Of a DNA stretch of 51,325 nucleotides, positions 8,681-16,608 are shown in pieces. The number at the start of each line of letters is the position of its first letter. The first letter of the stretch is position 1. Location: assembly GCA_031260685.1 (NCBI GenBank), contig JAISLB010000058.1, positions 1-51,325 of the forward strand, in the 5' to 3' direction. The notes under the pieces are model-generated. The model made no database searches and was not told the DNA's origin. It saw nothing but the letters and a program-made list of their open reading frames with translations. A program made the translations under genes and the position numbers. This DNA is from Oscillospiraceae bacterium. Its GTDB lineage: Bacteria > Bacillota > Clostridia > Oscillospirales > Oscillospiraceae.

Positions 8681-9523
8681 CAATGCGTATTTCCACGCTC
8701 CGTAGACTCCCGCGGGGATTGCTTCTTCTTTCGGGACAGTCAGGATTGTCAAGCCCTCCGCGGGGTAAGGTTTTACGGCGTGTCCGAGAATCCCGCGCCT
8801 GACTTCCTCCAGCGGGAAGCCGCGCATTTGAGCTACTCCGCCGCCGAGGATTATCACATCCGGGTCAAGCAGGTTCAGCGTCCCCGCGAGAACTACTGAG
8901 AGCGCCTCGATGTAGCGCGATCTGTCGGCGTCAGTAAGCACGGTGAACAGCTCCGAGATGTCCGTCCCGGGATAGCTCCTGTCGCGAAGCCGTACTAAGG
9001 CTCCTCCCGCGACTACCGTTTCCGCGCAGCCGCGTCCTCCGCAGCCGCAGGCTTCGTCAACCCCGAACAGCGGAACGTGTCCAAGCTCCGTTCCGTAGCC
9101 GTATTTCCCCTTGTAGGGTTTGTTATTGATGAACAATCCGCTGCCTAAGCCCGTACCGATGTAGATTCCGAGTACAACTCCGCGGTCCGCGAGGTTCATA
9201 CGGTCTATATCGCCCGTGAGCAGCACCACGGTGTCATTCTCGAGAAAGACGGAAGCGCCCGTAGCGGCTTCAAGCTCCGAAGCGAGTTCGCGTCCGTTCA
9301 GCGCGGGAATGTTCGGAACTTTAACGGCTTTGCGGCAATCCTTGTCGAGAAGCCCGGGAACTCCGACGCCCATAGCGGTTACTCCGCGTGACGTACAGTA
9401 GCCGGCGATTGCGGCTACGGCATCCCTTTCGGAGGTGCGGAACCTTACGATGCTCTCCGGCTTCTCCGGGTTTCCGAGGCGAATGTGTGTGCCGCCAATG
9501 TCAACGCCGATAACTTCTTTCAT
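8654..9523 (-). CDS. ROK family sugar kinase (glucokinase-like)
   Basis: GVDIGGTHIRLG ATP-binding motif and the ROK zinc motif GHVPL...CGCGGRGCAE. Start taken at ATG 9523 (MKEVIG) with a GGGAGG RBS; the track start is 9559. Confidence 0.8.
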   Translation of the reverse strand: MKEVIGVDIGGTHIRLGNPEKPESIVRFRTSERDAVAAIAGYCTSRGVTAMGVGVPGLLDKDCRKAVKVPNIPALNGRELASELEAATGASVFLENDTVVLLTGDIDRMNLADRGVVLGIYIGTGLGSGLFINNKPYKGKYGYGTELGHVPLFGVDEACGCGGRGCAETVVAGGALVRLRDRSYPGTDISELFTVLTDADRSRYIEALSVVLAGTLNLLDPDVIILGGGVAQMRGFPLEEVRRGILGHAVKPYPAEGLTILTVPKEEAIPAGVYGAWKYALGQIAVVSD

Positions 9524-9591
9524 ATCGTCAACCTCCCGCCAGTTTGATGGTACGTTCATTGTTAATTTACATATAGTATAACATATTTTGC

Positions 9592-9620
9592 TTGCAATTA
9601 CAAGCGGGTTGTGTTATACT
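9592..9620 (+). promoter_or_regulatory. sigma-A type promoter (TTGCAA-17-TATACT, TGn)
   Basis: TTGCAA at 9592-9597 and tgtTATACT with TATACT at 9615-9620, upstream of the 9666 ORF, rplI and dnaB. Confidence 0.55.
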
Positions 9621-9665
9621 GTTGCTTGTAAAGAAAATCTGACTGTATGAAAGGCGGATAAAAAT

Positions 9666-10049
9666 ATGAACTTTGAAGAATTCAAAGAGCGGGCTACCGA
9701 AACCGCGGAGTTTGTAGCGGGTAAAACCGTTCAATTCGCGAAATATGCCGGCGAGAAGGTCGGTACAGCTGCCAAAGTCGCAAAGCTCAACGCGGAGATA
9801 CTTGCCGAGAAGGACAACCTCCGCAAATCGTATCAGCGTATCGGCAAGCTCTACGTCGAGCTGTACGCCGCTACTCCGCACGATGATATCGCAGCCGAGC
9901 TTGACATCGTACACTCGGCGCAGGATAAAATTGACGAGCTGAAAAACAAAATCGACGAGATTAAAACAGACGCGGGCTGGAACGGCGGTTCCGACGCGGA
10001 TTTTGAAGAAGACTTTGACGCTGAATTCAACGAAGGGGACGAGCAGTAA
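9666..10049 (+). CDS. hypothetical coiled-coil protein with acidic C-terminus
   Basis: ATG preceded by an AAAGGCGGA RBS. Helical, heptad-like composition. Codirectional with and 3 nt upstream of rplI. Confidence 0.5.
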   Translation: MNFEEFKERATETAEFVAGKTVQFAKYAGEKVGTAAKVAKLNAEILAEKDNLRKSYQRIGKLYVELYAATPHDDIAAELDIVHSAQDKIDELKNKIDEIKTDAGWNGGSDADFEEDFDAEFNEGDEQ

Positions 10050-10052
10050 GTT

Positions 10053-10502
10053 ATGAAGGTCATATTACTTGCCGACGTAAAAGGTCTGGGCAAAAAAGGA
10101 GACGCGATAGAAGCCAGCGAGGGACACGCTCGTAACTACCTCGTTCCGCGCAAACTCGCAGTCGCGGCTACTCCCGAAAATCTCGCCAATGTCAAAGCCC
10201 GCGAAAGAGCTAAGGCTGCGCAGGCGATTAAGGAAAAGGAAACCGCGCTGACGGTTTCGAAAAAGCTTGAGGCGCTCATCGTCAAGGTCTCGGCAAAAGG
10301 CGGGGAGGGCGGACGCCTATTCGGTTCCGTCACAAGCGAACAAATCTCCGAAGCTCTCAAAGCTCAGCACGGCATTGACATCGAGAAAAACAAAATAGTT
10401 CAGAGCGACCCTATCAAAGGCTTTGGGTCTTATCAATTAAAGGTAAAGCTCGGACACGAAATTTCCGGCACTCTCCACATCGTAGTCGCCGAAGCTAAAT
10501 AA
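10053..10502 (+). CDS. rplI: 50S ribosomal protein L9
   Basis: MKVILLADVKGLGKKGD...ARNYLVPRKLA is the L9 N-terminal signature. Length 149 aa. Confidence 0.95.
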   Translation: MKVILLADVKGLGKKGDAIEASEGHARNYLVPRKLAVAATPENLANVKARERAKAAQAIKEKETALTVSKKLEALIVKVSAKGGEGGRLFGSVTSEQISEALKAQHGIDIEKNKIVQSDPIKGFGSYQLKVKLGHEISGTLHIVVAEAK

Positions 10503-10507
10503 CAACA

Positions 10508-11830
10508 ATGGACGAACTGCTCGGCAGACAATTGCCGCACAGCGCGGAGGCTGAACAAGCCGTTATCGGCTCAATTCTCCTCCACGGTGAATCAATAAGC
10601 CAAGCGCTGGACATATTACGTACTGACGACTTCTATACCGAAGCCTGCCGTGATATGTTCAGCGTTATGCTGTCAATGTTTAACGCGGGCAGCCTGATTG
10701 ACCCGGTAACGCTTCTTGACGAACTCGGGAAAGCGGGACTTGCCAAAACCAACAGCCGTGAGTTCCTATCGCGCTTGCTGACTAATACGCCGACGTGGAA
10801 AAATATCACGCAGTACGCGGGTATAGTCCGCGATAAGTCGAAGCTCCGCGCAATTGCCGAGGCGGCGGCGGACATAGCAGCTGCAATAGCCGAAGGTACG
10901 GCGACAGCTGACGAAGCGCTCGAATTCGCCGAACGTAAAATCTATTCGCTGAAAACAGGGCGCGGAAAGGGCGGTCTGACCCCCGTCGCGGAGATTATCG
11001 CGGACTTCTACGAGTCGCTCCGGGAACTTGCTGAAAACGGCGGAGCGGTGTCCGGATTGCCGACGGGTATGGCTATGCTCGATAACACGATAATGGGGCT
11101 GAATAAGTCGGACCTTATACTGCTGGCTTCGCGCCCCGGCGTCGGTAAGACGAGTCTCGCGCTCAATATGGCTCTCAACGTGGCTAAAAAGGACCCGTCG
11201 AAGGTCGTTGCGTACTTTACGCTTGAGATGTCGAAAGAGCAGATAGTGGCGCGTATGCTCTCGGGCGAAGCTTTCATAGACAGCAAAAAGATGCGTACGG
11301 GACAGCTCAATTCAGACGATTGGCGCAAACTCTCGCAGGCTGTGGCTACGCTCAGTAACACCGGTATTCAGGTTGACGACAACTCAATGCTTACGGTAAG
11401 CGAGATGAACGCGCAATGCCGCCGGATTGACAATCTCGGGCTGATAGTAATCGACTACTTACAGCTGATGAACAATCCCGGCGCGGAAAACCGTCTCCAA
11501 GCGGTAAGCGAAATGTCGCGGATGATGAAGATTATGGCGCGTGATTTGGCAGTTCCGGTGCTGTGTTTGTGCCAGCTTTCGCGCGCGAGTGCTACACGCG
11601 ATAACAAGCGTCCTATGCTGTCCGATCTGCGCGAAAGCGGTTCGCTCGAGCAGGACGCGGACATCGTACTCGGCATCTACCGTGAGGACGCGCTGAAACC
11701 CGATTCCGACGACCCTAACGCCGCCGAACTCCACGTCCTGAAAAATCGTCACGGTGAAACCGGGCGAATCAAGCTGCGCTGGGTTCCGGAATATACGACC
11801 TACAGCGAACAAGACGACAGATACGAATAA
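10508..11830 (+). CDS. dnaB: replicative DNA helicase
   Basis: PHSAEAEQAVIGSIL N-terminus, Walker A ASRPGVGKTS, IVIDYLQLM and LSDLRESGSLEQDAD. Confidence 0.95.
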   Translation: MDELLGRQLPHSAEAEQAVIGSILLHGESISQALDILRTDDFYTEACRDMFSVMLSMFNAGSLIDPVTLLDELGKAGLAKTNSREFLSRLLTNTPTWKNITQYAGIVRDKSKLRAIAEAAADIAAAIAEGTATADEALEFAERKIYSLKTGRGKGGLTPVAEIIADFYESLRELAENGGAVSGLPTGMAMLDNTIMGLNKSDLILLASRPGVGKTSLALNMALNVAKKDPSKVVAYFTLEMSKEQIVARMLSGEAFIDSKKMRTGQLNSDDWRKLSQAVATLSNTGIQVDDNSMLTVSEMNAQCRRIDNLGLIVIDYLQLMNNPGAENRLQAVSEMSRMMKIMARDLAVPVLCLCQLSRASATRDNKRPMLSDLRESGSLEQDADIVLGIYREDALKPDSDDPNAAELHVLKNRHGETGRIKLRWVPEYTTYSEQDDRYE

Positions 11831-11833
11831 TTT

Positions 11834-11854
11834 TAGTTAGCAGATATCAGAGAC
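11834..11854. repeat. short degenerate heptamer array (TAGTTAG CAGATAT CAGAGAC)
   Basis: Three units starting 4 nt after the dnaB stop. Same unit family as 1269..1304 and 24199..24234. Confidence 0.5.
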
Positions 11855-11898
11855 GTAAGTTTGGACAGAAGCCGGGTGCGTTATTTGTTGCGCGGCTC

Positions 11899-11927
11899 TT
11901 GACAAATCGCCGTATATTTGTTATAAT
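11899..11927 (+). promoter_or_regulatory. consensus sigma-A promoter (TTGACA-17-TATAAT)
   Basis: TTGACA at 11899-11904 and TATAAT at 11922-11927, about 24 nt upstream of the His-rich ORF. Likely the promoter of the Ni-accessory/CFeSP operon. Confidence 0.7.
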
Positions 11928-11950
11928 GTTGTGAAACGGAGGTAAAGAGA

Positions 11951-12226
11951 ATGAGAATCTATCTGCACGAGGGCGAACACCATCACCACCACGGTGACGA
12001 AGCTCCGCACGACCACCACCACGAACACGAACACGTACCTCACAGCGGAACAGAACAAGAAGCGCTGCTGAGATACTTCATCGAGCATAATCTGCACCAC
12101 AAAGAGGAACTTCAAGAGCTTGCCGCGGAACTTCCGGAAGCCGCCGCTAAATCCGTTCTCGAAGCCGCGGAACTTACTGACGCCGTCAACAACCTGCTGA
12201 GGGAGGCTCACAATGTGCTTGTCTAA
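11951..12226 (+). CDS. histidine-rich putative Ni/Co-binding protein
   Basis: The N-terminal 30 aa contain 14 His (HEGEHHHHHGDEAPHDHHHEHEHVPH), followed by a helical C-terminal half. GGAGG RBS. Sits directly upstream of cooT and cooC. Confidence 0.6.
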   Translation: MRIYLHEGEHHHHHGDEAPHDHHHEHEHVPHSGTEQEALLRYFIEHNLHHKEELQELAAELPEAAAKSVLEAAELTDAVNNLLREAHNVLV

Positions 12227-12428
12227 GGCGTATGTACTCCCGGCTGTTTGCGAGGACAGCTGTACTCCGAAGCTCGTAATGTCTAATGTCAGCTCGTTCA
12301 AAGTTGAGGACGGCAAAGTCATTCTCTCCGACATTCTCGGCGAGGAGCTTCCAATCGCGGGGAGCCTCCAATATTGCGATTTGGTCAACGGCAAACTGAT
12401 AATCGAAGAACTGCTCGCTGTTGCTTGA
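12213..12428 (+). CDS. cooT: CooT-family nickel-binding protein
   Basis: 71 aa starting MCLSKAY (conserved Cys2), with the family pattern V..V..DGKVIL.DILGEE..I.G....DLV.GKLII.E. GGGAGG RBS. Confidence 0.65.
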   Translation: MCLSKAYVLPAVCEDSCTPKLVMSNVSSFKVEDGKVILSDILGEELPIAGSLQYCDLVNGKLIIEELLAVA

Positions 12429-12437
12429 GGTGAAAAT

Positions 12438-13208
12438 ATGTCAAAAACTATCGCGGTAGCCGGAAAGGGCGGTACGGGCAAAACTACGCTTACCGGGCTC
12501 ATTATCCACTACCTTTCTAAAATGGATAAGGGTCCCGTACTTGCGGTTGACGCGGACGCTAACTCTAACCTTAACGAAGTTCTCGGCGTCGAAATGGGAC
12601 TTACGCTCGGGGCTTTGCGCGAGGAGCTCGAACGCGGAGGCGACGCGCTCTCGGGAACCCCTATCCCCGGCGGAATGTCAAAAGCCGACTACACAGAGCT
12701 GCGCTTCGCGGAGGCTCTTACGGAAATGCCGGACTACGATATGCTCGTTATGGGCAGAACGCAGGGTCAAGGCTGCTACTGCTTTGTAAACGGGCTTCTC
12801 GCGAACCAAATCCAGAAGTTTTCCGGCAACTACTCCTATGTAGTCGTTGATAACGAAGCGGGACTCGAACACATCTCGCGCGGTGTGCTTCCCGCTGTTG
12901 ACACTATTCTGCTTGTAAGCGACTGCTCACGGAGAGGAATACAAGCCGTCGGACGTATCCAACAGCTCGTCTACGACCTGAAACTTCCCGCCGGTAAGAT
13001 TGCGCTCATTGTAAACCGCGCTCCGAACGGTGAACTATCGCAGGGCATTAAGGACGAGATAGCGATACAAAAGCTCGATTTACTCTACGTCGTTCCGCAG
13101 GACGAATCCGTATACGAATACGACAGCGACGGCAAAGCGCTCGTGAACTTACCCGAAGATTCGCCGGTAAAGGTTGCCGTACGCGCAATCGTCGATTTAA
13201 TTTTGTAA
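12438..13208 (+). CDS. cooC: CO dehydrogenase/acetyl-CoA synthase nickel-insertion ATPase (CooC/AcsF family)
   Basis: Deviant Walker A AGKGGTGKTT and the CxC nickel motif GQGCYCFVNG. MinD-like fold length of 256 aa. Confidence 0.85.
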   Translation: MSKTIAVAGKGGTGKTTLTGLIIHYLSKMDKGPVLAVDADANSNLNEVLGVEMGLTLGALREELERGGDALSGTPIPGGMSKADYTELRFAEALTEMPDYDMLVMGRTQGQGCYCFVNGLLANQIQKFSGNYSYVVVDNEAGLEHISRGVLPAVDTILLVSDCSRRGIQAVGRIQQLVYDLKLPAGKIALIVNRAPNGELSQGIKDEIAIQKLDLLYVVPQDESVYEYDSDGKALVNLPEDSPVKVAVRAIVDLIL

Positions 13209-13221
13209 ACCACGCAGTCAA

Positions 13222-13249
13222 ATATCCGATATCCGATATTTGATAACTG
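13222..13249. repeat. tandem heptamer array (ATATCCG ATATCCG ATATTTG ATAACTG)
   Basis: Read directly from the sequence. Lies in the 70-nt cooC-acsD spacer. Confidence 0.8.
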
Positions 13250-13278
13250 TAATCTATATATAAAAGGAGCATTGACAA

Positions 13279-14226
13279 ATGGCATTTAAGAAACCTACTC
13301 CCAAACCCGGGTCCGCAATAAATGAAGTAACGCTCGGGGTCGGTGCAAACGCAATCACCTTAGGCGGTGAGAGCGTATTACCGTTCTACTCTTTCGACGG
13401 GACAATTCCCAACAGCCCGAAAATCGGCATTGAGGTCTCGGACCTCGGCTTCGAGAACGCTGTTCCGGGGATTGCGGAACTCTACGCGGGAACTTCCACA
13501 CCCGCGGAAGCGGCAGCAAAAGCAGCCGCTGTACCCGGAGTGGACTTTGTCTGTCTGCGCTTTGAATCGGCAGACCCGAATGGTCAAAACCGCAGCGCGG
13601 AGGACTGCGCGGTAACCGCGAAAGCTGTCAGCGACGCTCTCGGCGATTCTAAGCCGCTCGTCATCATCGGCTGCAAAAATAACGAGAAAGACGCTCAGGT
13701 TTTCGACAAAGCCGCAGCCGCTCTCGAGGGGAAAAACATTCTGTTTGTAGCTTCCAAAGAGGAAAACTACAAAACCGTCGCGGCTTCCGTAGGTCTTGCG
13801 TATAACCAAAAAGTCGGCGCGGAGAGTTCCGTCGATATCAACCTCGCGAAACAGCTCAACGTACTTATCACGCAAATGGGCGTAGACGGCAAGAACATCG
13901 TAATGAACGTCGGACAAGCCGCCGCGGGCTACGGTTTCGAATATGTCTATTCCACAATCGACCGTATCAAAGCAGCCGCACAGAATCAGAACGATACAAC
14001 GCTCCAAATGCCGATTTTCACTCCGGTTTCCTCTGAAACGTGGGGCGTTAAGGAAGCGACGGCAAGCGCGGAGGATATGCCCGGCTGGGGCGATGTCGAG
14101 GCACGCGGAGTTTCTATGGAAATCCAGACCGCCGTTTCCGTGCTTAGCGCCGGTTCGAACGCTGTAATGCTCAGACACCCGAAATCTATCGAGGCTGTTT
14201 CAGCCTTGATTACGGCGTTAGCTTAA
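13279..14226 (+). CDS. acsD: corrinoid iron-sulfur protein small subunit (acetyl-CoA decarbonylase/synthase delta, AcsD/CdhD)
   Basis: N-terminus INEVTLGVGANAITLGGESVLPFYSFDG and a TIM-barrel-like length of 315 aa. Adjacent to acsC. Confidence 0.85.
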   Translation: MAFKKPTPKPGSAINEVTLGVGANAITLGGESVLPFYSFDGTIPNSPKIGIEVSDLGFENAVPGIAELYAGTSTPAEAAAKAAAVPGVDFVCLRFESADPNGQNRSAEDCAVTAKAVSDALGDSKPLVIIGCKNNEKDAQVFDKAAAALEGKNILFVASKEENYKTVAASVGLAYNQKVGAESSVDINLAKQLNVLITQMGVDGKNIVMNVGQAAAGYGFEYVYSTIDRIKAAAQNQNDTTLQMPIFTPVSSETWGVKEATASAEDMPGWGDVEARGVSMEIQTAVSVLSAGSNAVMLRHPKSIEAVSALITALA

Positions 14227-14305
14227 CTATATCGCAAGGCAATAGCTCCCCAAGCGGGGACGAAAAATTCTATAATTTTTATAGGTTAACTGGAGGAAAT
14301 TTACA

Positions 14306-15649
14306 ATGGCATTGAAAGGTCTCGATATATTCAAGCTCCTGCCGAAAGCTCACTCAAACTGCAAGGAATGCGGCAATCCGACTTGTATGGCGTTTGCGAT
14401 GAAAGTCGCTCAGGGCGCGGTAGAAATCACCAAATGTCCGCACGTTTCGGCTGACGTACTCGACAAAATCAGCGAGTCGAACGCGCCTCCGATGAAGTCA
14501 TTCACTGTAAAAGCCGGAGACGCGGAGTACAAACTGGGCGGCGAAACCGTTCTGTTCCGCCACGAGAAAACTTACGTCAGTAAAACGCTGTACGCTTTCT
14601 CGCTCTACGGCTGCCGGACGGACGAAGAACACGACTCGGTTATCAAGGAAGCTACCGCAGTTGACTACAATCGTATCGGCGAACGTATGTACGCTGAATT
14701 TGTCAACGTCTGCACTCATACCGATGAGCATTTCGTCGCGCTTGCCCAGAAAGCCGCTTCGCTCAATCGCGGCGTAATTCTCTCAACGAGCAAAATTGAG
14801 CTTGCGACCGCCGCCGTAGACGCGATAAAAGACTCTAAGCCGATTCTGAACGGCGCGAATAAGGATAACTACGAAGCTTTCTCGAAGCTTGCAAGCGACA
14901 ACGGACTGCTTCTCGGCGTTAACGCGCCTACCCTTGACGACCTGCACGACTTAGTCGAAAAGCTCGAAGCGCTCGGCAACAAGAACCTCATTCTAACGGT
15001 TGACACTCACGACATCAAGACCGCTTTTGAGATGAACACGCAAATCCGCCGCTCCGCTATCCTCAATAAAGACAGCCAGTTCGGTTATCCGACGCTTATC
15101 AATGTTGCGGGACTGACTAAGGGCGACATAAACCTCGAAAACGCTCTTGCGGCTTTATTCACTGTTAAGTATGGTTCGATACTTATCTTCGAAACTATGG
15201 ACTACGCAAAGGCTCTCGCGCTCTACGGCTTACGTCAGAACATCTACACAGACCCGCAGAAGCCGATGCGTCAGGAAGTCGGAATCTACCCGCTGAACAA
15301 GGGCGTAAGCGATTCGCCGTGCTTTATCACGGTAGACTTCGCGCTTACGTACTTCGTAGTAAGCGGTGAGCTTGAACGCTCCGGCGTACCTGTCAATCTG
15401 CTGATTTGCGATGCCGGCGGCTACTCGGTGCTTACTTCGTGGGCTGCGGGTAAGTTCAGCGCGGGTTCAATCGCGAAATTTATCACGGAGGAAGTAGAGC
15501 CGAAGCTCACAAGCCGTACTCTCGTACTTCCGGGCAAAGTCGCGGTACTCAAAGGCGAACTGCAAGACAAGCTTCCCGGCTGGAAAGTCCTCGTAGGTCC
15601 CAACGAAGCCGTAGCGGTAGTAAAATTCGCAAAGGAACTCGCGGCATAA
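14306..15649 (+). CDS. acsC: corrinoid iron-sulfur protein large subunit (AcsC/CdhE)
   Basis: N-terminal [4Fe-4S] motif CKECGNPTCMAFAMKVAQG...KCP. 447 aa, with a C-terminal Rossmann-like corrinoid domain. Confidence 0.85.
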   Translation: MALKGLDIFKLLPKAHSNCKECGNPTCMAFAMKVAQGAVEITKCPHVSADVLDKISESNAPPMKSFTVKAGDAEYKLGGETVLFRHEKTYVSKTLYAFSLYGCRTDEEHDSVIKEATAVDYNRIGERMYAEFVNVCTHTDEHFVALAQKAASLNRGVILSTSKIELATAAVDAIKDSKPILNGANKDNYEAFSKLASDNGLLLGVNAPTLDDLHDLVEKLEALGNKNLILTVDTHDIKTAFEMNTQIRRSAILNKDSQFGYPTLINVAGLTKGDINLENALAALFTVKYGSILIFETMDYAKALALYGLRQNIYTDPQKPMRQEVGIYPLNKGVSDSPCFITVDFALTYFVVSGELERSGVPVNLLICDAGGYSVLTSWAAGKFSAGSIAKFITEEVEPKLTSRTLVLPGKVAVLKGELQDKLPGWKVLVGPNEAVAVVKFAKELAA

Positions 15650-15652
15650 CGC

Positions 15653-15765
15653 AACTAACAATGAATAGTGTATAGTGGGAATCTAAAGAGATAGAGCGGT
15701 GCAATAAGACAGCGAAATCTGAATAAACCTATTATTCACTATTCATTATTAACCATTAACTGATT
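15653..15765. repeat. inverted AT-rich heptamer arrays flanking a 66-nt spacer
   Basis: taacaATGAATAGTG (15656-15670) pairs with CACTATTCATtatta (15737-15751) at 14 of 15 positions. The right arm reads tattcac tattcat tattaac cattaac tgattaa. Confidence 0.7.
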
Positions 15766-15782
15766 AAATAGGAGAACAACTT

Positions 15783-16568
15783 ATGGCAAAATTTGTGGTT
15801 ATCGGTGAGCGCATACATTGCATCTCGCCGGCTATCAAGAAAGCTATGGACACTAAGGACCCCGCGCCTATTCTCAAACGTGCCGACGAACAGCTCAAAG
15901 CAGGCGCTACTTATCTCGACCTCAACATCGGACCCGCGGAAACGGGCGGCGAAGCTCTTATGGAGTGGGGCGTGAAACTCCTGCAAGAGAACTTCGACAA
16001 TGTACCGATTGCTCTCGACACCGCTAACCGCAAGGCTATCGAAGCGGGAATCCGCGTCTATAACCGTTCCAAAGGTAAACCGATTGTCAACTCCGCCGAT
16101 GCCGGAGACAGAATCGGTAACATCGACCTTGCGGCTGATAACGATGCGATTGCAATCGCGCTGTGCTCCGCCGAAGGAGTTCCGGGAAGCGTTGAGGAGC
16201 GTCAGGGCTACTGTATGACAATGCTCGAGCGCGGACTGGAACACGGTATGGAAGCCGAGGACCTTTGGTTTGACCCGCTGTTCCTCGTTATCAAGGGGAT
16301 GCAGGACAAACAAAGCGAAGTTCTCGAAACAATCCGTTGGTTTGCGGAGCAAGGCTTCAACTCAACGGGCGGCTTGTCGAACGTGTCAAACGGCGCGCCG
16401 AAGCATATCCGTCCGATTCTCGACAGTACTATGGTTGCGATGGCAATTCAGGCGGGACTGACGAGTGCGATTGTAAACCCCTGCGACGACCGTCTCCGCG
16501 AAGCTATCAAGAGCGCGGATATTATCAAGAACGAAACGCTCTACGCGGACAGCTATCTCGAAATATAG
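15783..16568 (+). CDS. acsE: methyltetrahydrofolate:corrinoid/iron-sulfur protein methyltransferase
   Basis: Pterin-binding domain. FVVIGERIHCISPAIKKAM, YLDLNIGP and GGLSNVSNG motifs. 261 aa. Confidence 0.85.
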   Translation: MAKFVVIGERIHCISPAIKKAMDTKDPAPILKRADEQLKAGATYLDLNIGPAETGGEALMEWGVKLLQENFDNVPIALDTANRKAIEAGIRVYNRSKGKPIVNSADAGDRIGNIDLAADNDAIAIALCSAEGVPGSVEERQGYCMTMLERGLEHGMEAEDLWFDPLFLVIKGMQDKQSEVLETIRWFAEQGFNSTGGLSNVSNGAPKHIRPILDSTMVAMAIQAGLTSAIVNPCDDRLREAIKSADIIKNETLYADSYLEI

Positions 16569-16608
16569 AGGATACCGCTCAGAACGCGGAACTTATTGGT
16601 GCATTGAA

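Noticed and set aside
13378-14178. Long antisense ORFs opposite well-supported genes: 215..721, 1544..2203, 13378..14178, 15756..16352, 16593..17219, 18951..19841, 29476..30003, 30564..31118, 35423..35962, 36844..37557.
   Set aside because: Each lies fully within a gene that has strong family motifs on the other strand or frame. Their translations are low-complexity Arg/Ser/Ala-rich with no motifs, typical shadow ORFs of GC-rich coding DNA.
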